From positions 2,140,020-2,204,019 of the forward strand of contig NC_057756.1 in assembly GCF_004010195.1 (NCBI RefSeq): a stretch of 64,000 nt of DNA, given 5' to 3'. Under the pieces are notes generated by a model. It ran no database searches, had not been told where the DNA came from, and worked only from the letters and a program-made list of their open reading frames with translations. This DNA is from Chiloscyllium plagiosum. Taxonomy: Eukaryota. Shown here one piece after another: positions 63,976 through 64,000 of the stretch. Every line of letters starts with the position of its first letter. Positions within the stretch are counted from its first letter, which is position 1. The position numbers and the translations under genes were made by a program.

Positions 63976-64000
63976 CTCTTGCATTCTTTTGTTCTTTGAT

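Overview
Eukaryotic, AT-rich, repeat-dense DNA, most likely from a shark. This rests on HE1-type SINEs, HER1/CR1 LINEs, a SacSINE1-like remnant and shark-type Penelope ends; bamboo-shark-like origin is an inference. I found no host protein-coding gene that I can support. The window is a pile of nested retroelements: (i) many CR1 LINE copies of different ages, one with an open 448-aa RT frame; (ii) several decayed Gypsy elements, some Gmr1-like; (iii) an old endogenous retrovirus at 26403-33423 (minus strand), LTR-gag-pro-[2H-phosphoesterase-like]-RT-env-LTR, lacking RNase H and integrase and inserted into the integrase of an older Gypsy element; (iv) a Penelope-like element (PLE) plus several short PLE-end insertions. 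The PLE-end insertions carry a minimal hammerhead-ribozyme motif, form inverted repeats and have 12-15 bp target-site duplications. Two of them enclose non-PLE cargo: a 270-bp copy of the neighbouring ERV leader, and about 1.1 kb of foreign genomic DNA. This cargo capture is the most unusual signal in the window. Boundaries of decayed elements are approximate, and family names come from motif recognition by eye, not database searches.
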